Part shown: positions 20,192 through 28,621 of the stretch, piece after piece
Layout of the letters: the number at the start of each line of letters is the position of its first letter
Position numbering within the stretch: position 1 is the stretch's first letter
Source: Bacteroidales bacterium
GTDB taxonomy: Bacteria; Bacteroidota; Bacteroidia; Bacteroidales; UBA10428
Assembly (NCBI GenBank): GCA_016938235.1
Contig: JAFGVA010000068.1
Location: 36,096 to 100,095 of the forward strand
Length of the DNA stretch: 64,000 bases
Direction of reading: 5' to 3'
The notes under the pieces: model-generated
Seen by the model: the letters and a program-made list of their open reading frames with translations, nothing else
What the model was told of the DNA's origin: nothing
Database searches by the model: none
Position numbers and translations under genes: made by a program

Positions 20192-22042
20192 ATGAAGCGA
20201 ACAATTTTACTTCTGACTTCCCTTGTGTTATTATCATTGTTAACATACTCTCAGAAAAAAGAAATATCTATCAAAGAATATTTTACTGATGCAGAGTTCT
20301 TTTTTGCTGCTGAGGCCTATGTCGATGCTTTGCAGGATTATATGGAGGTTTATAATCGAGGGTATCAGCAAAATCCAAACATTAATTATCATATCGGATT
20401 ATGCTATTTAAATATACCCGAGCAGCATGCAAAATCTATTGATTATTTAAAAATAGCAGCTCAAACCACCAGTATCCGTTATGTCGGATCAACTCTGAAC
20501 GAAAGCCATGCACCTATTGATGCCTTTTTGTATTTGGGAAATGCATACAGAGTATTATATCAACTTGATAATGCTATAACCGCCTATAATGAATATCTGG
20601 GAATTTTACCTGATGCTGCAAAGGAAGAAAGAAAGTTTGCATTAAAGCAAATTGAAGCCTGCAATATTGCCAAAGAGTATATCAATGATCCTGTAAGCGT
20701 TAAATTCACAAACCTTGGCAATCTTATCAATACCAACAACATTAACCGTAACTGTGTTATTTCGGGCGATGGTTCAACAATGGTGTTTATGACTAAATTA
20801 CCCTTTTACGAGGGTATATTTATGTCCAAAAGGCGGGGGAATAATTGGTCTCGGCCTGAAAATATTACACCGCAATTACAATCAGACGGAGATCAGATGG
20901 TTACAGGTATCTCATACGATGGTAGCACATTGCTGCTTGTAAAACAAGATGAGTTTGATAGCGATGTTTATTTAAGTACTTACGAAGACGGTAAATGGAA
21001 AAAATCAAAAGATATTGGTAAGGTTATAAACTCAAGATATTGGGAGTCTCACGCTTCCTTATCGAAAGATGGCAAAACATTATACTTTACAAGTAACAGA
21101 CCCGGTGGTATTGGAGGAATGGATATTTATGTTTCAAAATTATCAGCGGTCGGCACGTGGTCAGATCCTGAAAATATTGGAGGTCAGATAAACACAATCT
21201 ATAATGAGGATACCCCTTTTATAACCGAAGACGACACCAAATTATATTTCAGTTCACAAGGAAATTCAAATATGGGAGGATACGACTTTTTTGTATCAGG
21301 GAAATCCGATTCTGGATGGACAGGAGCAGAAAACTTAAGGTATCCTTTATCTACAACCGATAACGATTTGTTTTTCTATCCTTTGCAGAATGGCGAAATC
21401 GGTTATGTGTCGAAGATACTTGATGACAGCTACGGTAGTTTTGATATTTACGCCATTGAGTATGTAGATGAAACTGTTACGGAAGAAGCAATAACCGCTG
21501 AGGTCGAAGATGAAGTTGATGAAGAATCAATACTTCAGGAAGATGAATCGGTTGAAGAAACAGAGTTCATAGCAGATGAAGAAAAACCAGGGCAGCTTAC
21601 TGATGAACCTCAATCTGTTCAGGTAGAAGTTAAAGCTGTGTTGTTTGGATTCGACAGGTATTCATTGAACGATGAGGCCAAGGTTGAGGTTGATAAATTA
21701 ATTGAGCTGTTAAAAAAGGAAGGGAAAATAACAATTCAGATATTAGCTTACACCGATGCTTTAGGACCTGCAGAATATAACCTGGCATTGTCGGAAAGAA
21801 GAGCGAAAGCAATTGCGGAATATATTATCAGCAAAGGAATTGACCGCGCCCGCGTTAAGGCTGTAGGTAAGGGAGAGGTAGATTTTATTGCGCTTAATAC
21901 AAATCCCGATGGTTCTGATAATCCTGAAGGAAGAAAGTACAACCGTAGAGCAGAATTTAAACTTGCCGGATTCGATAAAAACCGAATTGAAATCAGAGAG
22001 AAACTTATTGTCCCCGAGGCTTTTCGGGTTTTTGAAAAATAA
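20192..22042 (+). CDS. PorE-like paralog 3: TPR + beta-propeller + acidic linker + OmpA_C domain; OmpA family protein
   Basis: Signal peptide MKRTILLLTSLVLLSLLTYSQ. TLYFTSNRPGGIGGMDIY and GNSNMGGYDFF. OmpA_C motifs VLFGFDRYSL, AYTDALGPAEYNLALSERRA, NRRAEFKL. The ATG at 20192 is preferred over the GTG at 20165. Confidence 0.88.
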   Translation: MKRTILLLTSLVLLSLLTYSQKKEISIKEYFTDAEFFFAAEAYVDALQDYMEVYNRGYQQNPNINYHIGLCYLNIPEQHAKSIDYLKIAAQTTSIRYVGSTLNESHAPIDAFLYLGNAYRVLYQLDNAITAYNEYLGILPDAAKEERKFALKQIEACNIAKEYINDPVSVKFTNLGNLINTNNINRNCVISGDGSTMVFMTKLPFYEGIFMSKRRGNNWSRPENITPQLQSDGDQMVTGISYDGSTLLLVKQDEFDSDVYLSTYEDGKWKKSKDIGKVINSRYWESHASLSKDGKTLYFTSNRPGGIGGMDIYVSKLSAVGTWSDPENIGGQINTIYNEDTPFITEDDTKLYFSSQGNSNMGGYDFFVSGKSDSGWTGAENLRYPLSTTDNDLFFYPLQNGEIGYVSKILDDSYGSFDIYAIEYVDETVTEEAITAEVEDEVDEESILQEDESVEETEFIADEEKPGQLTDEPQSVQVEVKAVLFGFDRYSLNDEAKVEVDKLIELLKKEGKITIQILAYTDALGPAEYNLALSERRAKAIAEYIISKGIDRARVKAVGKGEVDFIALNTNPDGSDNPEGRKYNRRAEFKLAGFDKNRIEIREKLIVPEAFRVFEK

Positions 22043-22063
22043 TACTTTACAAACAAGAAATTG

Positions 22064-22091
22064 AAAAGTCATACCCAGGTATGGCTTTTTT
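22064..22091 (+). terminator. Rho-independent terminator after paralog 3
   Basis: AAAAGTCATAC (22064-22074) / GTATGGCTTTT (22079-22089) with one G-U pair and a 4-nt loop, running into a T-run. Confidence 0.65.
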
Positions 22092-22187
22092 TATGTTTGA
22101 ACAGAAAATGTTAATATTACTTTATTAATATATTTAGGATATTGTATCTATTTTTCATTAATTTTATAATAATATAACATTAGGAAG

Positions 22188-23474
22188 ATGAGGAATTTAC
22201 TGTTTTCGCTTTTTGTATTGGGGTTTTGTAATATAGGTTTCTCACAACAATACACTCCGGAAGAGTTATTTGAAGAAGGACAATATTTCTTATTACGGGA
22301 AGATTATAAAGAAGCTTTGTATTTCTTTCGCCAGCTAACAGAAATCTATCCTGAGAATGCTAACTATAACTTTAAAGCCGGACAATGTTATTTAAATATT
22401 CCCGGGCAGGAATACCTGGGGGTTGAATATCTCGAAAATGCAGTTAAATCCATTGTTCCAAAGAAAGAATATAAATCCAGAAGTTCATCGGAGCAAAATG
22501 CACCCTTGCATGCCCAGTTTTATTTAGGGAATGCATATCGTGCTGCCGGTAATTTATACCAAGCTTTAGATTACTATAATAAATTTCTTGATTCACCATT
22601 TTTCGAAGGAAACTATAACAGGAATGTTGTTGAGCAGGAAATAAAGTCATGCGAAAGAGCGAAAATTATACAGGATGCACCAATCGAAATGGAGGTAACG
22701 GCCTTAGATTCCAATATAAACACTTCTTATTCAGAAAGCTCACCTGTATTAAGTGCCGATGGAGAAACTATGGTGTTTATACGAGGCTTAAAATTCTATG
22801 ATGCCATATTCATCGCACATAAAACAGATAAAGGCTGGAGTTCGCCGGAAAATATTAATGAGCAGATAGTTTCTGATGGAGATTTGTATCCAACAGGCTT
22901 AAATTCCGATGGCACTATAATGCTATTAACTAAAGAAATTAACGGTAACGCAAACATTTTTATTTCATATTTTAATGGAGAAAAATGGAGCCAGGCTAAA
23001 GAATTACCTGGGAAGGTTAATACATTGTATGCCGAAACATTTGCTTCTTTTGGTGCCGATAATGAAACCATTTTTGTGGTAAGCGACAGAAGTTCAACAC
23101 ACGGTGGAACTGATATTTACCTTTCGAAGTTAAACAGCAAAAACGAATGGAGTAAACCTAAAAATTTAGGTAAATCCATTAATACAGAATTTGACGAGAG
23201 CTTTCCGATATTATGTAATTCAGGGAAAACATTATTTTTTAGTTCGAAAGGGCATTATAACATGGGAGGATTCGATATATTTTACAGTTCCAGAAATGAG
23301 AAATCATGGTTAACCCCCAGAAACATAGGGTATCCTTTGAATACTACCCGTGATGATGTTTTTTACATGGTTTTACAGGATTGTTCAAGCGGATTGCATG
23401 CGATAATCGATAAAGTTTCAGGTTTTTCAGATATTTTTGAGATAGAAGTAAAATCTGAGCTTGCTATACCATAA
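22188..23474 (+). CDS. PorE-like paralog 4: TPR + beta-propeller only (no C-terminal anchor)
   Basis: Signal peptide. FKAGQCYLN, YLGNAYR, GGTDIYLSKL, GHYNMGGFDIF. The protein ends about 45 aa after the last propeller motif. Confidence 0.85.
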   Translation: MRNLLFSLFVLGFCNIGFSQQYTPEELFEEGQYFLLREDYKEALYFFRQLTEIYPENANYNFKAGQCYLNIPGQEYLGVEYLENAVKSIVPKKEYKSRSSSEQNAPLHAQFYLGNAYRAAGNLYQALDYYNKFLDSPFFEGNYNRNVVEQEIKSCERAKIIQDAPIEMEVTALDSNINTSYSESSPVLSADGETMVFIRGLKFYDAIFIAHKTDKGWSSPENINEQIVSDGDLYPTGLNSDGTIMLLTKEINGNANIFISYFNGEKWSQAKELPGKVNTLYAETFASFGADNETIFVVSDRSSTHGGTDIYLSKLNSKNEWSKPKNLGKSINTEFDESFPILCNSGKTLFFSSKGHYNMGGFDIFYSSRNEKSWLTPRNIGYPLNTTRDDVFYMVLQDCSSGLHAIIDKVSGFSDIFEIEVKSELAIP

Positions 23475-23483
23475 AGTCTAAAA

Positions 23484-25505
23484 ATGGCTTATCTCAAACA
23501 AATAGTGCTCATTCTTTCATTTTTTCTGTTCCAGGGTATACTCAGCGAGTTATTTTCGCAGATTTCAAATACCGATAAAAACGATTACCTTACTGCCGAC
23601 GAGCATTTTGAATTTGGGGAGTATGAAGAAGCATTGCAGTTACTCGAAATTTTAGTTAAAAAATATCCGGATAATGCGAATGTAAATTTTCTCATGGGAA
23701 TGTGCCTGCTGGAAACAAAAATTAACTATAAAGAAGCAAAGCCCTATTTTGAAATTGCAATACGTGATATCGATGCTGGTTTCAGACCCGGAGATTATGA
23801 AAACACTTCAGCTCCTCCCGAGGCATTGCTTTATTATGCAGATGTTCTTCAGAGCAACAAAGAATTCAGGAATGCTTCTTTAACCTATCATCAGTACAGG
23901 GATATGATGCTAAATAATCCAAATGCTCTTGATATTGTTAACAGAAGAATAATTGGACTTGGGATATCTTACGAAGAATCGATTCGTTCCAAAGGTACAA
24001 CAATAGATAACCTGGGCAGCCCAATAAATACAAAGCTTGATAATTATAATCCTGTAATTTTTGGCAATAACAGCAGGATGTTTTTTACTTCAAATAATGG
24101 AACTCAGGACCTCATACTTTATTCCGAGCAGATAAACGGCATTTGGAATAAGCCCGTTGACCTTACTATAAATGTTGGATCAGACGGCACATTTTTTACA
24201 AGTTCCATTTCATGGGATGAGACTAAACTGGTTTTGGTAAAAAGAGACAAATATAATTCAGAACTATATTTATCTGAATTTAAGAATGGGAAATGGAATA
24301 AGGCTGAGCCATTAGATAAAAAAATAAACTCCTATGCTAATGAAACAGGAGCTTCATTTAGTAAAGATGGCAACAAAATATACTTCAGCAGCGACAGGAT
24401 GGGTGGCCCGGGAGGCTATGATATCTATTTTTCAATTAGCGAGGGTGGAAAGTGGTCAAAAGCTATACCTCTGGAAGGGGCAATAAATACAATTTACGAT
24501 GAAACTTCACCCGTTCTGACTTATAATGGCGATACCCTGTTTTTTTGTTCAAACGGGCATGCGTCAATGGGACAAAAAGATATTTTTATGACAGTTATAA
24601 CCGATAAAGGATGGAGTGCCCCAGAGAATATTGGACTGCCTTTTAATTCGGTTTACGACGAAGATTTTTATTCCTGTGTGCCTGAATATTCAGTGGCTTA
24701 TTTAAGCAGATTCGACGAAAATGGACTTGGAAAAAAAGATATACTTCGGTTAGCTTCAGTTAATTACACTTATCCCATTCCTTTTACTCCGGCTGAACAA
24801 CCCGAAATAACCCAAAAAACTGAACCGGAGGGGATTATTGAGAATGTTATAGAAATCGCGGAAGTGACTGAGCAGTTGGCTGAGATTCCTGAATTTACAG
24901 AAACGCCAATAATTACCGAAGAAATAACTGAGAAAATCGAAGAACCAGTTATAGAACCTGAAATTCTAGGCAATAACTTCATTGAGGAACAAACAGAAAC
25001 AGAACCGGACGAAAAAGAAGTTACGCCAATTCTTCAGGGCATAGAAAAGAAAAATGAAATTATTGAAATAAAAACTGAAGAGCAAGAACCTGAGTCAACA
25101 CCGATAGAAGCAAATTCTGCAGAAATAATTCAGGATGTCGTAACACCATCTTATAATGAGTCAAGCCAGGACGAAGCGGATTCATATTATGCTTACCAGC
25201 AGGAGAAAGAAGAAAAGAAGGAGGTTTATATTGCACCCAATCAAAAAACAGATCAGGACAAAAGTATTTATACGGTTCAGATAATGGCTCTTAGGAAACC
25301 ACATTCCGGGTACAATTTTAAAAACATTAAGATGAACGATTTGAAAATCTCTGAAGGTTCAGATGGTTATACACGTTATACTTTAGGGGAATATTCAAAT
25401 GCAAAAAAAGCTGCTGCGGTAATGAAAAAGATGGAGAAACTGGGATATCATGATGCATTTGTGAGGAAAATAGAAGAAATTAACAATTATCGGGATGAGT
25501 ATTGA
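23484..25505 (+). CDS. PorE-like paralog 5: TPR + beta-propeller + Glu/Pro/Thr-rich linker + SPOR domain
   Basis: KIYFSSDRMGGPGGYDIY and GHASMGQKDIF. Acidic linker. C-terminal SPOR-like segment IYTVQIMALRKPHSG..YTRYTLGEYSNAKKAAAVMKKMEKLGYHDAFV. Confidence 0.85.
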   Translation: MAYLKQIVLILSFFLFQGILSELFSQISNTDKNDYLTADEHFEFGEYEEALQLLEILVKKYPDNANVNFLMGMCLLETKINYKEAKPYFEIAIRDIDAGFRPGDYENTSAPPEALLYYADVLQSNKEFRNASLTYHQYRDMMLNNPNALDIVNRRIIGLGISYEESIRSKGTTIDNLGSPINTKLDNYNPVIFGNNSRMFFTSNNGTQDLILYSEQINGIWNKPVDLTINVGSDGTFFTSSISWDETKLVLVKRDKYNSELYLSEFKNGKWNKAEPLDKKINSYANETGASFSKDGNKIYFSSDRMGGPGGYDIYFSISEGGKWSKAIPLEGAINTIYDETSPVLTYNGDTLFFCSNGHASMGQKDIFMTVITDKGWSAPENIGLPFNSVYDEDFYSCVPEYSVAYLSRFDENGLGKKDILRLASVNYTYPIPFTPAEQPEITQKTEPEGIIENVIEIAEVTEQLAEIPEFTETPIITEEITEKIEEPVIEPEILGNNFIEEQTETEPDEKEVTPILQGIEKKNEIIEIKTEEQEPESTPIEANSAEIIQDVVTPSYNESSQDEADSYYAYQQEKEEKKEVYIAPNQKTDQDKSIYTVQIMALRKPHSGYNFKNIKMNDLKISEGSDGYTRYTLGEYSNAKKAAAVMKKMEKLGYHDAFVRKIEEINNYRDEY

Positions 25506-26031
25506 AAACAAACTAAATATTAAACTCAGAGCAGTTGAGCCAGAAGATATCGATTTATTGTTTCAGTGGGAAAATAACCAGGAAATATGGCATCTAAGCA
25601 ATACAATTACCCCTTTCTCAAGACATATTTTAACAAAGTATATCGAAACAGCACACCTTGATATATTCCAAACCCGGCAGTTACGATTAATGATAGATGT
25701 ACTTGAAAGCGGACAAAATCCAAGAACAGTTGGAGCTATTGATTTATTTGAATTTGAGCCTTTTCATCTGCGAGCAGGTATAGGTATTCTGATAAGTAAT
25801 ACCCTTGACAGGAATAAAGGGTATGCCAGTGCTGCCCTGCAAAGTTTAATCGAGTATACCTTTAAAACACTTCATTTAAATCAGCTCTATTGTAATATCG
25901 GAACCGATAATATATTGAGCATTAAGCTTTTCAAAAAACATGGGTTTACCGAGGTTGGTATCAAAAAAAAGTGGAATAAAACGCTTGCAGGTTATACCGA
26001 CGAAATGATGCTACAGTTAATAAACGATTAA
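25495..26031 (+). CDS. GNAT-family N-acetyltransferase (RimJ/RimL-like)
   Basis: LRAVEPEDIDLLFQWEN..., acetyl-CoA-binding-like RNKGYASAAL, and C-terminal KHGFTEVG. Its ATG overlaps the last 11 nt of the upstream gene. Confidence 0.85.
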   Translation: MSIENKLNIKLRAVEPEDIDLLFQWENNQEIWHLSNTITPFSRHILTKYIETAHLDIFQTRQLRLMIDVLESGQNPRTVGAIDLFEFEPFHLRAGIGILISNTLDRNKGYASAALQSLIEYTFKTLHLNQLYCNIGTDNILSIKLFKKHGFTEVGIKKKWNKTLAGYTDEMMLQLIND

Positions 26032-26147
26032 GCTTTTCCTTCAGGATAAAATGAGTTTCCATTCTTAAACTAATTATTTTTATCAATTATCGTAAGGCAC
26101 TTATGTTAAAAAGGATATAAAAACAATTTTAAATTTTCAATTAGGGT

Positions 26148-26167
26148 AGGAATTTAATTCCTTTTTT
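26148..26167 (+). terminator. Weak terminator candidate after the GNAT gene
   Basis: Short stem AGGAA / TTCCT (within AGGAATTTAATTCCT) followed by TTTTT. The stem is short and AT-rich. Confidence 0.3.
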
Positions 26168-26216
26168 GTAACTTAAATCTTGTTAAAACCATTTTTTAAT
26201 ATTCAGTTTTCGCTTT

Positions 26217-27812
26217 ATGAGGATGTGCCAAAAGTTTTTTTCTTACTTTTTCATTCTGACCTTAACTACTGCAGTTGGTGCACAAGGAACCGTTTCTTCG
26301 GTAATTCAGGAAACTTCGTGGTTAAAATCTGCGGATCAGAAAAAGTGGCAAAAGTTACTGGGGGAGCTCAATGAAGCAGAAGTTCTTCTTTCTGAAAGCA
26401 ACAGTGCCTACCTGAAAATTACCAACATGAATAATTCAGGCGATACTGATGCAGCGGGCAAACAAAAGGAGATTGAAAAAATTGAAAAAGATGCTGATGA
26501 AAAGGCGGCTAAATCACAAGACATTTTTCGTTCAGTTTATAAAAAGATGCTCGAAATTTCGGACACATACATTAGCAGTGAACAAGAACAACATACTGCC
26601 TATGCCGAAATGGTTAAATACCGGCAGGATGCTGAAGTTTTATATACCGAATATGATGCCGATAAATCGGACAATACGATTTTATCAATGGCAAATGAAA
26701 CTCAGCTTTTAGCCTTAGAGAAATCAGTTATTCTTTTTACAGTTCCGGCTTCAGGTTACCAGGTAGAAACAAAGCCACCGCGTGAGGGAGATGAGTACGT
26801 TATTAACCAGGGAATGCTGCAAAGGTTTAGTAGTTACATTTCTGATCCGAATATCCCTGACCCCTTAACATTAAACCAGTTATCAGAGATGAATAGTTCA
26901 GAAAGTGATTTTTCCTCTTTCTACCCAATGTGGCAAAATTATGTCAGTTCTGAGACAGGATTTTTAGCTGATCAGGCGCAGGAAGAAGTGCAGCCCGACA
27001 GCCTTTTAACTGCTGAAACTACTGAATTATTAGCCGAAGTTTCTCAAGAAGAAAATGAAGAGTCGTTGCATAAAGAACAAAAAGATAACATTTCAGAGAA
27101 TACTACAAAGCAAGTTGTTGAAAAACAAACGAGTGAAGATCACGAACATGACATTTTAGCTGAGCATGAAAAAGACAAAATAACAACAAGCAGCCAATCA
27201 GACATTAAAATCAGGAATAAGGCAGATTCGTATACAGAATCAAAACTTGTTTCTGGCGTATCAACCGACAATAAATATGAATTCAGGGTGCAGGTAGCTG
27301 CCAGCCGCAATCCTCTGTCGCAATCACAGATAAAAGCCATTTATTCAGGAAATCTTACTGTGGTTGAGATAAGAGAGAATAACTATTATAAATACCAGAT
27401 TACAGGTTTTAAAACAATACCTGAAGCACAAAAAGTTTGTTCGGCATCAAATGTTCCGAATGCTTATATTGAGGCTTATACTTCGTATAAACCAGCTTCA
27501 CTTGCACAAGCTGCATCGGAAACTATGACAGAAAGTACAAACAGCAAAACCCTAAGCGGAAATGATGTACATTTTGCTGTTCAGGTAGCTGCCACCAAGG
27601 TTCGTTTGGCCCCGGTTAAGCTAAAAGCAATTTACCCCGACACCGATCAACTGAATGTTGTTTTTGAGGATGGCTGGTATAAATACCAGATATATGCCGG
27701 AAATAAAATGGATCAGGCTCTGATTATTCTTAAAAACTGTGGTGTAAAAGATGCTTTTATGGTGGCCTATTCAAATGGAGAAAAAATACGTTTTTCAGAT
27801 ATAAAACATTAA
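26217..27812 (+). CDS. Secreted protein with acidic central region and two C-terminal SPOR domains
   Basis: Signal peptide FFILTLTTAVGAQG. SPOR-like units YEFRVQVAASRNPLS..YYKYQITGF and VHFAVQVAATKVRLA..WYKYQIYAG. Confidence 0.8.
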   Translation: MRMCQKFFSYFFILTLTTAVGAQGTVSSVIQETSWLKSADQKKWQKLLGELNEAEVLLSESNSAYLKITNMNNSGDTDAAGKQKEIEKIEKDADEKAAKSQDIFRSVYKKMLEISDTYISSEQEQHTAYAEMVKYRQDAEVLYTEYDADKSDNTILSMANETQLLALEKSVILFTVPASGYQVETKPPREGDEYVINQGMLQRFSSYISDPNIPDPLTLNQLSEMNSSESDFSSFYPMWQNYVSSETGFLADQAQEEVQPDSLLTAETTELLAEVSQEENEESLHKEQKDNISENTTKQVVEKQTSEDHEHDILAEHEKDKITTSSQSDIKIRNKADSYTESKLVSGVSTDNKYEFRVQVAASRNPLSQSQIKAIYSGNLTVVEIRENNYYKYQITGFKTIPEAQKVCSASNVPNAYIEAYTSYKPASLAQAASETMTESTNSKTLSGNDVHFAVQVAATKVRLAPVKLKAIYPDTDQLNVVFEDGWYKYQIYAGNKMDQALIILKNCGVKDAFMVAYSNGEKIRFSDIKH

Positions 27813-27820
27813 AAATAACT

Positions 27821-28609
27821 ATGACAATGATACCTTTTAAATACAAGAAAATGATGAAAAATCTCCTTTATCTATCCATTGTGCTTTTTCTTGGCTCGTG
27901 TGTTTCACAAAGCAAGGTGAAAATGATTCAGGAAAAAACCAACAAGCAAATGACAACTACTTTTGAAAACTCTAAGGCTATAACATACAGGCTTCAGAGT
28001 GGCGATCATTTGTATATTCGTGTCAACAGCACCGATCCCAAAACCAGTAAAGTTTTTCAAACCGATTTCCCTTACCTGATGAACAACACCTACCAGTATT
28101 TAAATACTCATGTAGTTGACGAATTTGGTTATATCAGTTTTTCATTTATTGAGAAGCTTTATGTTGTAGGTCTTACTGTACCCGAGGTAACAGCAAAACT
28201 TCAGCAAAAACTCGATGAATATTTTAACGATGCTACTGCTTTTGTGAAAATGGTAAATTTCCAGGTTGGTGTATTGGGTGAGGTTAACAGCCCGGGTAAT
28301 TTCACCATTGAACAAGACCTTATTAATATTTTTCAGGCACTTGGCCTGGCTGGCGGTATTACCTCGTACAGTAATGTGAAGGAAGTTAAACTGGTACGAC
28401 AGACTCAAACCGGTTCGGAGGTGCATGTGCTTGATTTGAGCGACAATCAGATTATTTCATCGCCTTATTATTACCTGATGCCAAACGATGTAATATATAT
28501 CGAACCAAGGGGAGCAAAATCATTTGCATTGGAGCAGTTTCCGTATCAATCATTATTGTATTTCTTTTCTTTAGCTATTTTGGGTTATGGAGCATTTGTA
28601 ACAGATTAG
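27821..28609 (+). CDS. Polysaccharide export outer-membrane protein (Wza-like; Poly_export + SLBB)
   Basis: Lipobox LFLGSC. YRLQSGDHLYIRV and VGVLGEVNSPGNF. An alternative start (MMKNLL, 27851) is possible. Confidence 0.85.
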   Translation: MTMIPFKYKKMMKNLLYLSIVLFLGSCVSQSKVKMIQEKTNKQMTTTFENSKAITYRLQSGDHLYIRVNSTDPKTSKVFQTDFPYLMNNTYQYLNTHVVDEFGYISFSFIEKLYVVGLTVPEVTAKLQQKLDEYFNDATAFVKMVNFQVGVLGEVNSPGNFTIEQDLINIFQALGLAGGITSYSNVKEVKLVRQTQTGSEVHVLDLSDNQIISSPYYYLMPNDVIYIEPRGAKSFALEQFPYQSLLYFFSLAILGYGAFVTD

Positions 28610-28621
28610 AGATTTCAATAA

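Noticed and set aside
21748-22072. Two overlapping 102-103-aa minus-strand ORFs
   Set aside because: Both are antisense to the well-supported OmpA_C domain of paralog 3 and run through its terminator. They have no motifs and are typical antisense shadows. I apply the same judgement to 12842-13162, 14095-14596, 18829-19128, 45355-45663, 48373-48823 and 49176-49633.
26180-26374. 64-aa ORF starting with TTG upstream of the SPOR gene
   Set aside because: It is out of frame with, and largely overlapped by, the 531-aa SPOR-protein ORF, which has a proper signal peptide from the ATG at 26217.
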